NCBI GenBank assembly: GCA_023213395.1
Contig: CM041465.1
Location: 60,333,741-60,397,740, forward strand
Reading direction: 5' to 3'
DNA: 64,000 nucleotides
Source of the DNA: Cycas panzhihuaensis
Taxonomy: Eukaryota; Plantae; Cycadophyta
Shown here piece by piece: positions 1 to 14,026 of this stretch (within the stretch, counting starts at the first letter, position 1; every line of letters starts with the position of its first letter). The position numbers and the translations under genes are program-made. The notes beneath the pieces are model-generated. The model ran no database searches. It was not told the origin of the DNA and saw nothing but the letters and a program-made list of their open reading frames with translations.

Positions 1-310
1 TATAGGTAAAGATAGCATGTAACAAGTGTATATAGGGAATTAGTAATTTAATTTTGAGCATTAAAGTTAATTTTGATTAACACATATAATTAGGGATAAT
101 TAATATTAATTAGTGGTTAATTGCTAAGTTGAATGGTTGTGTCCCTATTTATGAAGGTTTATATCCTTTCATTGATGTTAATAAAGAATATAAGAGAATT
201 TATTGAAGTAATCATCATTAGAGTCTTTTGCTCCCTAGTTTTGTGACCATTAGAAAACTTTATGCTAAGTTATATGGACTACTTTATCAATGATTAGTTG
301 GGTCATTACA
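1..310 (+). repeat. Probable 3' part of an old LTR (truncated by window edge)
   Basis: AT-rich, ends GGGTCATTACA, resembling other LTR ends in the window (e.g. GGGTTCATCACA on - at 25786); no partner copy seen. Confidence 0.3.
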
Positions 311-1699
311 AGGCTTAGTTATGCCTTATTTTTATCTACATTGACAACTATTTGACTCATAAGCATTCATTGTTGTTTATGTTTAATCCTATAGGCTATA
401 TTCATTACTTTTACTAGGGTGCTTAAACATGTAACATGATGTCTTCATGATAAAGTTTAAGAAATAATATTTAGAAATATGGTTAATCTTTAAATAATTA
501 TTCTATTAAATTAATTTTAATCTTTATCCTTGACTTATCCATTACCTTCCATGGGAAAAATCTAATTTCATGGCCATAGAGAGACTAACCACTCTTAACC
601 TTCTACCTTTACCCATATCTACTTATTTCTTTTTAAACTTATATTCACTTGTCCTTTTACTATGCTTTTTATGCATGTCATACAATGTATTAATGATGAG
701 TCATGGTAAACATTCTTCTATAATTTATATAAATATATGTGGTGTGATGATGCTTATCAATATGAAGGAAACAACTATAAGATGAAAACTATATAATCAA
801 GTTTTAAATATGTTTCTTTAAAAACTTGCTCATAATATTTTGATTTTATTTTACAATACTTCATTTTTTTAACATTTCGGATATGTAACATATTTTTTCC
901 GAAATAAAAATAAGAGCTTCCTTTGAATAAGGGTGATTTTCAAATGATGTTATTAAAATTTCCATCCTTTTAATTCTTTTATAATCCTTTATAATTTTAA
1001 AATATAGTTAATGAAGCTTCTTACCTATGTTGACTTTAATTATAAAGTTAGGCCTTGTTATTATCTATGGTTTGCTTTCCAATATATCATTTTCTCATTA
1101 AGATATACTACTGTCACCATCTTTTCCATAATCAATGCCACCACTCATTAAATTTGACTTGATATTATACTACATCTAATTGAAACAAGATTTAATAATA
1201 CTATATTTTTTTTTCTTCTATAATTTAAATTAATTTATTATCTTACTATTATCTCCCTTACATTGGGTGCTCAAAGGAGGAATGCCACTTACATCAATAA
1301 TCCAAATTATCATTAGATTTCCTCTTATCAATAATTATTTATTTTCTTCTTACATGTGAAATTAAAAAATCATATCACCCTTGCCTTTTAGATCCTTAAA
1401 GGTCAAGAAAGTAAATTTTATCTTTTAATAATAATAATTGTTATTATCATGGATTCATTATATCAAAGAGTAAATTAAACTTGCTAAACCCACTATTCGA
1501 TAAAATGTTCAAGATCTTGTTCACTCCACTCTACCTACTTCTCATTCTTTTTTTTTGTCATTATTCCATCCTTGCAAATGATCATTTTTCCTATTTTTTA
1601 GCTCTCAATCATCATTTTCATAATCTTAATTTCATTCATAATGTAGACATTACACACAACATACACAAGAGGGCTATAAGGGTGTTCAAAGTAAGATTG

Positions 1700-2560
1700 C
1701 AATCATCAAAAGAGGCTATATCAACAAAATTGTAAACTAGATGTCAAGAATACTAGACAAAGATGAAGATTATACCATTTCAAAATTATCTAGTTTAAAA
1801 TGGCCTTATATGATTCCTAGTTAGAGAAATTATATCTTGACTTTGTTTGAAGGTAATTTGTATTTTCATTACTTTGAATTAATTTTTTCAATAATAAATT
1901 GTCTTAATGACTTAATTTTTATAGGTCTATATAGTAGAAAATTGTGTTTGCATTATAAGAAATCATAAGCTCCCTTGGAAACAAACTTGTAGTTAATAAT
2001 AATCAAGGAACTTAGAAATGTAAATAAGATGCTTATAGGCCTTAAGGATGCCCACCAATCTATTCAACAACCTGAGTGAAGATGCCAAGTGTTGTTCCAT
2101 AGACTTTAAAATCATCCCAAGAACCATGTCAATATGCTCAAGAAATGTACATTGACTTAAGAGGATTTTTAGCTCACTAATTAGTTAGGCAGGCGATCAT
2201 TTCTCCAATCAACTGGGAAATGATACACTTGAGGAAGTAAATACTCATTGCTAAGAAGCTTATTATCTTTATGATTGAATATAAGTTCTTCAAGTTATTT
2301 ATCTTACTTAGCAGTCCTTGAGCTGCATCTTGATTTCACTATAAGGTCTCCATACTTAATCAAAATTGCTAAGTGACTTAAGTTCCCAAGGTTAAGCTAG
2401 ATTTTTAAGGCCACTTGTTTTTATCAAGATGGAAGAGGTTCAAAGCCATAGGAGGTTAACTTTGGGTGCAACCAAGTATAATAAGTTTCAAAGCAAAGTG
2501 TTTTTAAGTAAAAAAGTGGATTAGGTACCGTTAATATGTTACATAATTCTATCATTACTA
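1700..2560 (+). mobile_element. Highly degraded Ty1/copia RT-RNaseH remnant
   Basis: Faint colinear traces of copia RT/RH motifs (KxAF...EG, LYGL, DML, RS..G..TLG) with many stops and frameshifts. Confidence 0.35.
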
Positions 2561-3989
2561 TTATATTAGTTTATTAATTTGAACCTCCACATTAAAGAAA
2601 AAAAAGACATAGATAAAGAAAAATAGTAATTCAGCGTAATACTTAGGTTTATAAAACAAAAATTATTCTCTTAATCATACATAAGAATTGTTTTTATTTG
2701 TAGAATATAAAAGTAAGGCAACCTTATATCTACAATAATTTATGATGAGAATCTTAATGAAAATTGTTTGTCAAATTATATTATTTATATTTTAAAAGAT
2801 GACTATGTTGACATGACCTTTTTCAACCACCAAACGCTCTTTACAATAAAATATTTATTGATTTATTTTGATCAAAGAATTTCATCCCGTACGATATTAA
2901 TCTATTCCTTATATCTACAACAAAATGATTTATCCTTATGCCCACATAGTTTGGTGCTTAACTATGTTGGTTATTGGGTTAATATTTAATCCTCATAAAG
3001 GCACATCACTGGCATTTAAAATAAGAATCCAAATCTCATGAGTAGAGAATATACATTGTTGAGGAGCCATGCTATGCATCACCTTAGAGAATTAGTCTCA
3101 TTATGGTTATGTACCTGTGTCTCTCTTTTTTGTGAATAGTTGACCCTACTTCTTTTGTTTAGTTTTTATGTGTCGCACTACTTTAATTTTTGCCTATCTC
3201 TTTTTTTATTAATTTTAGTTCATGACACAAACACTTATAACTTTCATGGTCCTTGTGCTCTCTTCTTTGTAAAATAACGAGGGCTCTGAACCATATATCT
3301 AAACATAGGATGACAACCATGGAGTATGTCTCATCCTTAATGTTGACAATGGAAATGGGGGCGACACACTTAATGCAATTTGATTTACAAGTCTTCTTTG
3401 TATTCCTTTTTATTTAAAACACACGTGCATTGTATTAATTCAAAAGTTGATTGGCAACCCTTAGACACAAAAGATAAATGCATGTCCTAATTGAATTTTG
3501 ATGTGAAAGGCATTTGTGAGGGGCTACTACATAATTGTAGTTGTCAACTTCTCACCATAGAAACATTAACTAATACTTACCACCTTGGCACTTACTTCTT
3601 GGCCACAACTTATTGAGAACCCACTATCTGGCTCATTTCTTAGTTGCATCTTGTTGCTACTACCAACAATATTTAACTCGTCATTGCTACTACTTATTAG
3701 TACCTTACAATTACGTGGCATTTCTTAATTGCTCGCTTCTAACATTTATTGTAGGCGGTCAACACCAATCATTATTATTATATTACTCAAAGACGATCTT
3801 CATTGTATTTTTCTTTTTCTGGGCTAACGATTGTCAAAGCCTCAACCTCCAACTCGACAAAAAAACGAACACAAGTGCGAATGTAGAAATACACACATGC
3901 TTTGCATTTGCATCACGTCCACGAACGAAAGACAAAGGCAAACCCTATCCTCAAACGCCAATAAAACACGGTTTGCATCATTTTCCTTA

Positions 3990-5305
3990 AACCGTGCGCC
4001 CTCCAATATTGGGATAACGTTGCACCAATTCCCGACCCCTTTTCCAGCCCTTTGCCTGGGAAAGGATGAACGCCCAACCGGTAACATCAGCTACGAGTCC
4101 TTGGAGATAATCGACCCCAACCACCAGCATTCGCAATGACTCACTTCGTGGCCGGTGGCCCACGTGGGGCATCTGCGTCGGCGGCGGCGTCGTCGTCGTC
4201 GTCGTGGGACCTACAGAAAATGCTGTCTTGCCTCGACGGCCCTTATACGGACTGCCACGTAGATGCAGAGACCACATTTAAAGACCTCTGCCGAGGGGAC
4301 GTGACGTACGCGTGTCGACGGAAACGACGATGATGGTGACGGTCCATGAATATGCAGAATGCCTCCATGGGATGATGCACGCACTCACACACGCGGCCGG
4401 TGCCCTGGAGGACGGTAAATTTCCCGAAGTCGCGAATGGTAATCTCCACTTAAGTTATCGGCAATCAAGTGAGGGAGGGGCCCGTGGGACGCGTACAAAG
4501 GGAAACAAAAGTAGGAGGAGAAAGACGGACAAGAAACAGGGGACCGTGAAAGAACTGAATGTCGGACGGATAAAATGGAGGCAGGAAAGAGCCGAAAGAG
4601 AGAGGGCAAGGGAACGCGACGGAGAGATGTTAACGGAGAAACAGTAAAAGGAGCGTCGACAGGTCGGATGAGGATTTTGGGAGGGAGAAAGATACGCGAC
4701 AGAGAGGGATGAAGGGAGAGGAGAACAGAGAGAGAGAGAGAGGAAGAGGGGTTGGAGCTTTTTCGCAGGAACAGCCGTGACCAAGGACTTGCTCTGGATT
4801 AATATACGCGAAATTTTCCGGTGATTATGTTCACCAAGATCGCAAACAGATTGACATAAACCGGCGAATTTTTCGGATTTTGACAGTAAAAGTTTCAGGG
4901 GCTTTTCTCTGTTTTCTGTGTGAGGCGTTTCTCCAAAAAGATGCGGTTTCAGAGGTACATGCTTTGTCGGTTTGCGTGAAAGTTTCTGTTTGAATTAAGC
5001 GAAGTTGCAAAATTTAGAGCGATCGATGAATTTTCGGGAATGGTGGAATTGTTTGGTTTAATATCGGCAAACTTATCCAAATCCAGGGTTATGTCAATCG
5101 GGAAGTCGCGTTGGAAGCAAATACAAAATCTAGCTGGAACGGGAGGCGCCGATGGTCGATTCATATGCGAGTGAACGGAATTCACACTTTGGAATTTTTT
5201 CAATCTGTGGTGTTTAAAGGATTATCCGAGATGATGGGGTTTTGAATCGGTGGAATTTTGAGCATTGAAAATTTCATCTTTTACACAGCGAATTATTTGG
5301 ATGAG
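3990..5305 (+). promoter_or_regulatory. CpG-rich promoter/5'UTR region of the ABHD17-like gene, with GA-rich tract and probable 5'UTR intron acceptor (TTTTACACAG ending 5288)
   Basis: Sharp GC/CpG rise against CpG-depleted flanks; (GA)n near 4725-4745; pyrimidine tract + AG 18 nt before the ATG. Confidence 0.5.
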
Positions 5306-5607
5306 ATGGGAGCAGTTACGTCTTCCGTCGCTGCGAAATTTGCATTTTTCCCCCCGAGCCCAGCGTCGTACAAGATAATTCGGGACGAAGTTACGGGAAT
5401 GTTAAAGATGACGGACGTTCCCCAGAGGGAGAATGTGGACGTATTGAAGCTGTCTACGAGGAAAGGTCAAGAGATTGTTGCCGTTTACGTGCGCAATCCG
5501 TTGGCCTCAATGACTTTGTTGTATTCTCACGGCAACGCTGCGGACCTCGGACAGATGTACGAGCTTTTCGTTGAGTTGAGCGTTCATCTCCGCGTAAATT
5601 TGATGGG
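5306..5607 (+). CDS. ABHD17: ABHD17-like alpha/beta hydrolase (plant ABAPT acyl-protein thioesterase family), coding exon 1
   Basis: [19 protein letters not shown]...[15 protein letters not shown]...LRVNLMG; GT donor at 5608, phase 2. Confidence 0.95.
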
Positions 5608-7332
5608 GTCTCTGCCTGCCCTTTTGTCTCTATTGGTTTGATCAAAATTTCAGATCATTTCAGTCGTTTCTCTTGCCTATATTAATAATTTGTGTAAATT
5701 TGTTTCTTCTTTTCACCAGATATAATTATTTAGCATATTTTATGAAGTCTGCTTTTACTGCCAACGGGATGCCTAAGTGGATATGCGTCGTGTGGGTGTC
5801 GGTATCTAATGCCACCATGGCATGATGTTTTGGGTTTCTGGCGCGTGCTACCATGTTAAAATAACTACTCCACCTAAATCAGGCAAAAAGCAGTAGTTGA
5901 ATGATTACTGTAATGGCAATTTTCTCTCGGTACAAAGTGGAAATAGGGAGATTGTCTTAAAATGTATCTAGTGAAAGGTTCTTCGTGTCTGTATTTTCAA
6001 CCGTTTGCTGCAATCTTTGTGCTGCTTAGTCTTCTCAAGCAGTAGGGATCTCATTAAATAGCAGATCACGTGTTATGGGAAATGGAGTTTAGCTTTTTGG
6101 AGTGTGGAAGACCTCCGCAAAAGTCAACTGTTCAGAATTAACAGAAGAAATTGAAGAAATTCTACCATTTCAAGCCTTTGAATGATAAATATTTGCCTTG
6201 TATCATAATGAGTAGGTATGCAGATGTTGAAGGACTTAATAACCCAAACGAAATTGTACGAACTCTCAAGCAATAAAACACTAAATGACTACAGTTTCTT
6301 TTAGATTGAACCGTACTTGAACGCAGCCTTTATCCACTGACTAACCCTTTTTCGTGCCTTCTATGATAAATGTCTAGCTCAAAAACCCGTGAAATGTCCA
6401 GATTTGCTTTTTGATTTCAAATGCAACACTGCAGCACACAGCAACACTCCTCTTCTAAAATCTTCTCTTGAATTGTAGCCTTCCTTTGTTGATGAGTAAC
6501 CCTGTCTTGTGCATCTGGCTAACCATGTTTTTTATTTGATTAGTCGTTAATTCATGGAAAATGAAACATAGAACTAAATCAACATCCACTGCGGCCTTAA
6601 CTTGAATTTGCAACGAAAAAGAAAGTGCATATGCTATGCTTACATGAGTAGATCACTTGTTCTGAAAGATTCAATTTCCCCTTTTTGGAAAGGGAAAATT
6701 TCCGTTCTTCTTCTACCTCCTTTTTTCCTGGAACATCTTCCAAGGGTATAATACAGTTTAACTTTTAAGTAATGCCTACAATTGGTAAGGTTCGGTTTTA
6801 GAATGGCACATCAAAGACAGTGAGACACTATCCATCTGCAGCATTTGCCAGATACTGTTTTGTTATTGTTGTTGTTTTAAATAGCATTGTTTCCTTGTTA
6901 TTCTGACCTGTAGCATCTCCTGCATATCTTGCTGCTTTTGTTCAACTTTAGAAGGGGTCCATTCCCTAGGTGCTACTCATCTGCAATATTTATGCTATAT
7001 CATCCCTGCAGGCCAGTGCGTCCTTTGCAGATCAGATCTGTAGCATCTCCTTCATTATCTACTACCCCTCTGGAGATTAAACATAGTGTGTCTGGCTGCA
7101 TCTGACATATGAGAGGTTGGAGGTTAGCCAAAGCAAGTTTCTCTGGGAATCTTGTGTGGCATTTGGTGTAGCTTTTTATGATTTGCTCCTCTTAATGCCT
7201 TTCAGAGTTATGCTGTTTCCCTCTTTATGTTCTTCACTTTTCCATTAAGTTGTTTATAGATGTTAAAGTGGTTCTATTGTTTGAGAGACGAACCTTTGAC
7301 TGAATGCAGGTACTGGGCGCTTGGTTTTGCAG

Positions 7333-7369
7333 GTATGATTATTCTGGTTATGGACAGTCTACTGGAAAG
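7333..7369 (+). CDS. ABHD17: ABHD17-like hydrolase, coding exon 2 (37 nt)
   Basis: TTTTGCAG acceptor; (G)YDYSGYGQSTGK; GT donor at 7370; phase matches exon 1. Confidence 0.95.
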
Positions 7370-7486
7370 GTGTGACATCTGTGATTGTGACTGAGAAGGA
7401 GCTCTTGGATTGTGGATTGAACAAGGAATGGCTAACTTTCTAATCAGGTTTTTGATATGCTAATATTGTTTCTGTCCTTGAAACAG

Positions 7487-7723
7487 CCAAGTGAATGCAA
7501 TACGTATGCAGACATAGAAGCTGCATATAGATGTCTTGAAGAGCAATATGGAGTAAGGGAGGAGAATGTTATTCTGTATGGTCAGTCTGTTGGAAGTGGT
7601 CCAACCCTGGATTTGGCAACACGTCTTTCCCAGTTGAGAGCTGTAGTTTTGCACAGTCCTATACTCTCTGGTTTACGTGTTATGTACCCTGTCAAGCGCA
7701 CTTACTGGTTTGATATTTACAAG
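7487..7723 (+). CDS. ABHD17: ABHD17-like hydrolase, coding exon 3 (catalytic Ser)
   Basis: AAACAG acceptor; PSECNTYADIEAAY...ILYGQSVGSGPT...HSPILSGLRVMYPVKRTYWFDIYK; GT donor at 7724. Confidence 0.96.
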
Positions 7724-7838
7724 GTATCAATTAAAAGGGAGCATTTGTTTTTCGCAAATATATGCTATTAACTTGATTCTTGCCTACCATTTGATAGTAA
7801 GTGACCCAGTACAGCTTTGTGCGTTTGTTTCCATGCAG

Positions 7839-7886
7839 AATATTGATAAAATTGGTATGGTGAACTGCCCTGTACTCATTATGCAC
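7839..7886 (+). CDS. ABHD17: ABHD17-like hydrolase, coding exon 4
   Basis: ATGCAG acceptor; NIDKIGMVNCPVLIMH; GTGAGT donor at 7887. Confidence 0.94.
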
Positions 7887-8367
7887 GTGAGTATTTGCTC
7901 TCTTACACTTTATATGAGCATACCTGATCACGGTCAGACCTGATGGATTTCTTTGTGATTTATAACTGAATGCATGGTGTCTTGTTCCTGTTTTTATAGC
8001 TGCATTGGTTGCCATTTTTCAGGGAAATTCAACTTTTGATGAATACTTTTCTCCGTGTTTATATCCTTCAACGCCAAGGCATTAAAGTGGTCAGATTCCA
8101 AAAGATATTGGCATACTTTTTGATTAGGAAACACGGGGAGTTCATTATGACCTTAAAATTAGAGGTTTTGCTGATCTTGAAGCGGGCTTGAATTCCTTTG
8201 GAATGCTTCAATTCCCGGGCTGGCTTAAGAATTAAGAAATAATTAAATATTCTTGGGCTGAGGTCTGACCTTATGCATAATGTAAAGGGTTGATCCACCT
8301 CTTAACCACTTCTAGACTTCTAACTACATTTCTAACCCTAGTTAAATTGGTGTCCTGGAAGCTATGA

Positions 8368-9837
8368 AGCCGGGTACAGCTGTTTTGCACGCTGTATTCA
8401 TACCAGATACCCTCCAGATATGGAGAACTAGGGTTATGGTTGGGATACAGACTGGATACATATTCTGACCGTACATAGGATATGTTTCATATCTGTGGCC
8501 ATACCCTGTCCTGCACATGCCTGTACCTGATGTATTCCGCTGTATCCTGGAATGTTCTTGGCAGACACGGCCCTGTTTATTGCCTTCTTTCATTCTTTAA
8601 AAAAAATGTATTTCAACAAAAACAAAAAACAGTTTTAGAATCTAAAAACCACAACCAAAAAACATAAAAGAAATGCTGATAGTAGCTAGCTGTCCAAGCT
8701 ACTGTGGGCTGTTACTTTTCTATGTAATTAGTAGCTCTCCTGCTTCACAGAGTGCCTTTTGGCTTTGCCATTGCATTGTGTGCTTGTGCATGAGCTTCTA
8801 GAGCTTGTGGGCAGTTGTTTTCAAGTGTGGGTGATCTCCTTTAGTTTGTAAGCAGCTAGTTTTGCTTTTGGGCAGCTTTCATTTGTAAGTGGGTAGCTGG
8901 TTCTGCTTGCGGGTAATCTTCATTTGCAAGTGGCCATCTTGTTTACCCAATGGGCACCATTTCTTTGTTTGTGGGCATATGTTTTACCTTGTGGGCAGTG
9001 ATGTTTTGCAAGTAGGTACCAGTTTTGTTGTTGTTTTTGCAGGTTTGGAGGTGTGGGCACATGTTGTTGTTTGTTCGATGTTTTTTGGAGCCATTTGGAG
9101 GTTTCTTATTTCGATGCAAGAGTTTTGGTCTCCTTCATCGTGCCAAGATTTTGTGTGTTTTCTTTTTGAGTTGATTTATTTGGTGCAAATATTTTGGTGC
9201 CTCTTATCATGGTGGAAATGGTTGCTATGGAAAGAGTGGAGGCTATGCTTTCATAGTTAAAGAACAGGATGACATCCCATTGTGGAAGTATGTTGTGAAG
9301 TTCACTCCTATGGCTTAAGTAGGTGGGGGATGCTGCTCTTGGAAACGCAACAAGTGCAAGTCCAATTTTAGTGGATCCAATTCAAGGGTCAAAGCCCATT
9401 TAATGTGTTGTAGTGGGCTTGGGATCCAAGTGTGCAATGTGGTCACTCAAGTGAAGATCGCAAGACTTATTGAGGAGTAAAAAGCTCTATTGAAAGAGCC
9501 ATGGAAACAATGTAGTTCAATATGCTAGCTAGAGGTCCTCAATTTCATGATGCATTCGATGCACCTGCGCCCATGACCATGGAAGAAGGTTGTAAATAAT
9601 AGAACCTGGGTCCACTTGGGAAGCTATTTGATATCAATAGAAGAGAGGAGGTTGATAGCAGGGTTGCACATTGTAGTTATACCAGTGGACTCTTGTTTTA
9701 TATTGTTTGCTCCTTATATCAACAACATATAGTTTAAGCAATAAATGACGGACCAAGGTGCTATAAGAGTTGTACATGTGAAGGACTATTGGATCACCTT
9801 TATTGCTAAGGAAAGAGAACTTATGGAGCAATACATG
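8368..9837 (+). mobile_element. hAT-superfamily DNA transposon, 5' part (subterminal GTATC/GATAC repeats, BED zinc finger), degenerate
   Basis: ~9270-9430 translates HPLWKYVV...WKRNKCKSNFSGSNSRVKAHL; frame resumes at 37985; left end approximate. Confidence 0.75.
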
Positions 9838-10582
9838 TGTAGCATTTCCTTTTCTAGTTGACTTCCTCTTAAGTCTGGTCGACTTCTTTTCTTTAGACTC
9901 AGGTCAATCTCCTTTATAAAACTGACTTCTCTTGTAGCATGTCTGTTTTTTGGACAACTTTCTCTTTGGTTTGGTCAACTTCTTTTCTTTAGATTCTGGC
10001 CGACCTCCTTTACAAAAATTGACCTCTATCTCTTCACCTATATATAAGGCATCTTGCCTCCATGTGTAAATCATAATTGGAAGATATTTAGTTTGTTGTT
10101 TTTGACTTTTGTTTAGATCTACTTTGGGAGGACACCTTGCCTTTAAGAGGGTTCATTTTACGTTATTCCATATTTGCAAGATTTTGACTCTCTTATGAAT
10201 AATATTGAGTTGCCATTATTGTTTATGTGATCAATATTTCTAGCGAATGTTGAGATTTGTTATTTTACTTTATAATCGTCATTATATTACATGGTGTATT
10301 TGGATTTGCTTTGCAAAATAGCTTAGAATTTGTGTGTTTTAGTTAATCGGTTGTGAATCCCCATTGGGATTTCCACAAGTGGTATTAGAGCCTTGTTTTT
10401 TAGGCCATTTAGTTTTGAAAATCAAGGTCAAACACTCATTTCAACAAAACAAAAATATGAAATTCTTAATCAAAACTCAAATTCTTCAATCAAAATTCGC
10501 TTTTGCACTTAAAAATTCTGAAATTCTCAAAACTCTATGTTTAGTAAATAAGATAATTATCAGTTAAAGGTAAAAAATTATA

Positions 10583-10584
<2 letters not shown>

Positions 10585-10646
<62 letters not shown>
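10585..10646. repeat. (AT)n microsatellite
   Basis: About 31 AT units. Confidence 0.98.
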
Positions 10647-10648
<2 letters not shown>

Positions 10649-10783
10649 CCAACAAGTAGTCTAGTAGTAAATATTAAAGGGGATTCAAAGTTGGATCATT
10701 GAGATAGACTTGTACTTTGAAATGTGACTAGGATCAAAGGAAGACAGAAGTATATACAGTATCCCTTCATCTACTAGAGATAA

Positions 10784-11152
10784 TGTTTAATGAGTTAATG
10801 TAAACATTAAGGAGTCCCCCTTAACTCTCTCATAGGATTATTACATTGGGATATATTAAGTAGTGTGCAAGGTGGTGCACACCTATTCATGTAAATGTCC
10901 CATTGGTGGACATAAGGGTTATTACATGTGATTGGACAAACATGAAGTGATTATGTACTATAGGTATGTATTCATACCTAGTGTAATAATTGGAGATGAT
11001 CATTTCCCACAAGCTTTATTATCTTATGTATCTATACGTGCTTCATTCTTTAGTTTATTCATTTATTGTTTACATTTGTTATCACCTCATGCATATGTGT
11101 TTTATTGTATGTTCATATGTCTAATAGATCTGCTCTGCTATATTTTTCAACA
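10784..11152 (+). repeat. LTR-like fragment related to the LTR at 38587-38666/50764-51074
   Basis: Shared GGAGATGATCATTT...TTTATTATCTT block; ends TTCAACA; no TSD found. Confidence 0.4.
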
Positions 11153-12259
11153 TTATCTATGTGGAAAATCAATCAAATGGTTTCGTTGGTGGAGTAAGAA
11201 TTATCATGGAACAAATCACTACAATTGAGATTTCCTAAAATCCTCATAAATAGAAGAGTATGAGGACACTTAGAGAAAAGATTATTTCTCCTAGTTGACA
11301 TGGTTACAACAATCTAGTATCGTCCAAGCCTACACAAAAGTATTTCAAATCTACAGAGCATGATGACAACAAAAATTGAGGCCTCAAAGGCACTATCAAA
11401 TTTCAACTTAAAACACTAAATGTAGGAACTTTGAGGGAAGCAATTCTTCTAGTGTGTAACATAAAGGTAGAATTTCAGGAGACGTGCCAAAATTATGTAC
11501 AACGATATGATCGCTTTAAGACTATAAGACAAGGCAACAAACCCAATTGGCAGTAGTCAGGGACCAATGTTGATTCGCCTCTAAGGGAACAGAATGAATG
11601 CAGTCTTGTAGAAAACAAGCCGTTGAAGGCAAAATGCCTTCAAAGAGGAACATGTTTTGACTGCAACAACAAATGGAATTGCGATCATAAATGCACAACA
11701 AAGAAATGTTGTAAACATTTGGCTAGGGCATGAAGGATGGTCAACATTCTTTGTCATATGTGCCATTAGTTTATCATATATGGGTTCTCTTAAGAAGAAA
11801 GAGAATAATATCTTCAACATGATAGCATCAACACAGTAATATCTAATGTACAATATTCCACACCAAAAGTGATTTATAGGATGCATGCAAAAATGATATC
11901 TTCTATATTATATCAAAAACTGATTACATCATCAAGATCATGTATAACATGATAAACTATGATCATCCCCCTAGTTTTGTACTGCCCACTAGTGTCAAAA
12001 TGCATATATTCACATTCCCCCCATTTATTTTAACTATATATATATATATATATATACATATATATCCTTGGAAATGTTGCCTTGTAACGACTTCCAACTA
12101 CTTGACTCAACTAATCCTTTTGTTAACATAACATCCAATAATTATAACAAAATGTGTCCAACATCTATCCCCTCCATTTTAGCCCTGAGCGTCTCGCTCA
12201 GAAGGCGAGCTTAGTTTTGGAATTGAGGGTGCTTTTGAATGTAATGGATTCGGTCCTAC

Positions 12260-13830
12260 TTTTTGTTGCCATTTGCAATTCTCTTAGTTGGCTACCTTGA
12301 CGCATTGCAACACCCTCTCATAACATCCTTTTTCCTCCTAGAGTTCTGTGGATATATTTTTGACCTGTTTTTCACTCTAACATAGATTTTTTTCCAATGT
12401 ACTAATTTGTTGGATATGAAGTACCTCTTGATTGTACATTTTTTGGTTTTTCTTTGTCAATTGAATACATTCCTCCTCCTTTTTTTATAGTAATTCCATT
12501 GCCTCTTGTAGATCCTTGTGTAACTAACTATAGATGGCCTCTTTGCAATGATGATTTTCAATCAACTTCAGGAATAATGATCCTTGGGCTTTTGCTATTG
12601 CATGATATTGATCTAACAAACTCATCATGCAGGCTTGTTGTTCTTTAATGATATTCATATCAATGGAAGTTGTAGTTTCTTCCTGGTGCTTCCCTTGTTT
12701 GGATGGTGGAGAATCATTTGTCTTCCTACCGGCTGCTAATACTTCAAATAGCTCACATTTTGCTACTTCGCTATCCATGGTGGGAGACACCAAAATGTTC
12801 AAGTCTAGAGCTGGACTCTGAGAGACTTTATCAGTGGAGATTAGTGCAGTATCACTTCTTGTTTCTAGTTCATCATTATCGTTGCCAGAGTTGAGATTCG
12901 AGTAGTCCACAATGTAGCCTTCATTAGAATCATCAGAGGCTTCATTCGTTTCTCGTACTATTATAACCTTAATTTTCTTTTTTCTTTTTGTTTTACCTTC
13001 TTTCAGACTTTTGGATGGGTTTCCTTAGGAGTTGAAGAACCTTTATGAAATGCTGATAGAAGCAGTATTATTGGGCTCTTCGCTAATCCTGGTACGTGGA
13101 ATTTTTCATAGTAGAATCCCAATAGGTAGAGTGAAATTAAAACTTGATTGTCCTCCCATAATCAATTGATGTGGCAATGTCTTGGGTTTTTCTAAAATGA
13201 AAGTTGACCAATTGTAGATTACTCCTTTCATAAGCCCTTGTAGGTATGAAGTTGTCCACCAAGGTAACGCGTTACAACGTTGTTCACCCAAAAGCCTTGT
13301 GCATATTAGAACTGCTACTGCTGCCACATTCATAGCTTTTAGATGGGTGATCAGAATGCCTCGTTCCCCATGTTTCATATGAAACTCTTTTTTGCATATT
13401 GTCTGAATAATTTGGTCTTTCATTAAGGCAGTTAAATTTCCCAATTTTTTCACCTTCTGTCTTTGGGTTGGAAACCTTGTTAATCTTGTCACATCTTCGA
13501 GTTCCATACCTATAATTTTTTTGTTAACTGTTAATATGCGATTAATAGGGTTATAGCCATTCAATACCTCCTACAATTGTTTCGAATTCTTCGAGAAGAC
13601 TAGAAATGAGGCAGCTTGAACTACCTTCGCACTGGTCAGATTTGCTCTTAATGGGGCATTTCGATCTTTGACTTCCAACCATTTATGTAATATTGGCGAG
13701 TCTAATATTTGCCATTTAATTTGGCATCGCTCAATTTTGAATGGAATATCTATATATTTTTCTAGATGTTTTTGTATAGACCCCACAAAAGAGATAGTTG
13801 TCTAGGCATATTTTGCAAAACCACTTTCCG
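12260..13830 (-). pseudogene. Extra 3' ORF of the Athila/Tat-like element (plant transposon accessory protein + low-complexity tail), disrupted
   Basis: ORFs 13571-13786, 13106-13564, 12524-12910; motif GVIYNWSTFILE resembles GEKLNWSKFLAE in the 28017 ORF. Confidence 0.65.
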
Positions 13831-14026
13831 ACATTTTTAGAAATCAAGAATTTTGAACAAGGGGAAGAATAAAAAGAAAACCTGGATACTCATCTTGGAT
13901 AACTCAACTGACTATTTGTCTATTCGTCAATGTCTGCTCGTGTTGGTTTATTGGTTTGGTGGGTTGGTTTGCTTGTGTTGGTCTGTTGATTAGGTGGGTT
14001 GGCTAGCCAAAATATAGGGTCGACCG

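Noticed and set aside
3613-5203. Cluster of overlapping ORFs upstream of ABHD17
   Set aside because: No recognisable domains; expected by chance in GC-rich, low-complexity promoter/UTR sequence
13106-13786. Envelope gene
   Set aside because: Position fits, but no signal peptide or clear transmembrane helix is visible
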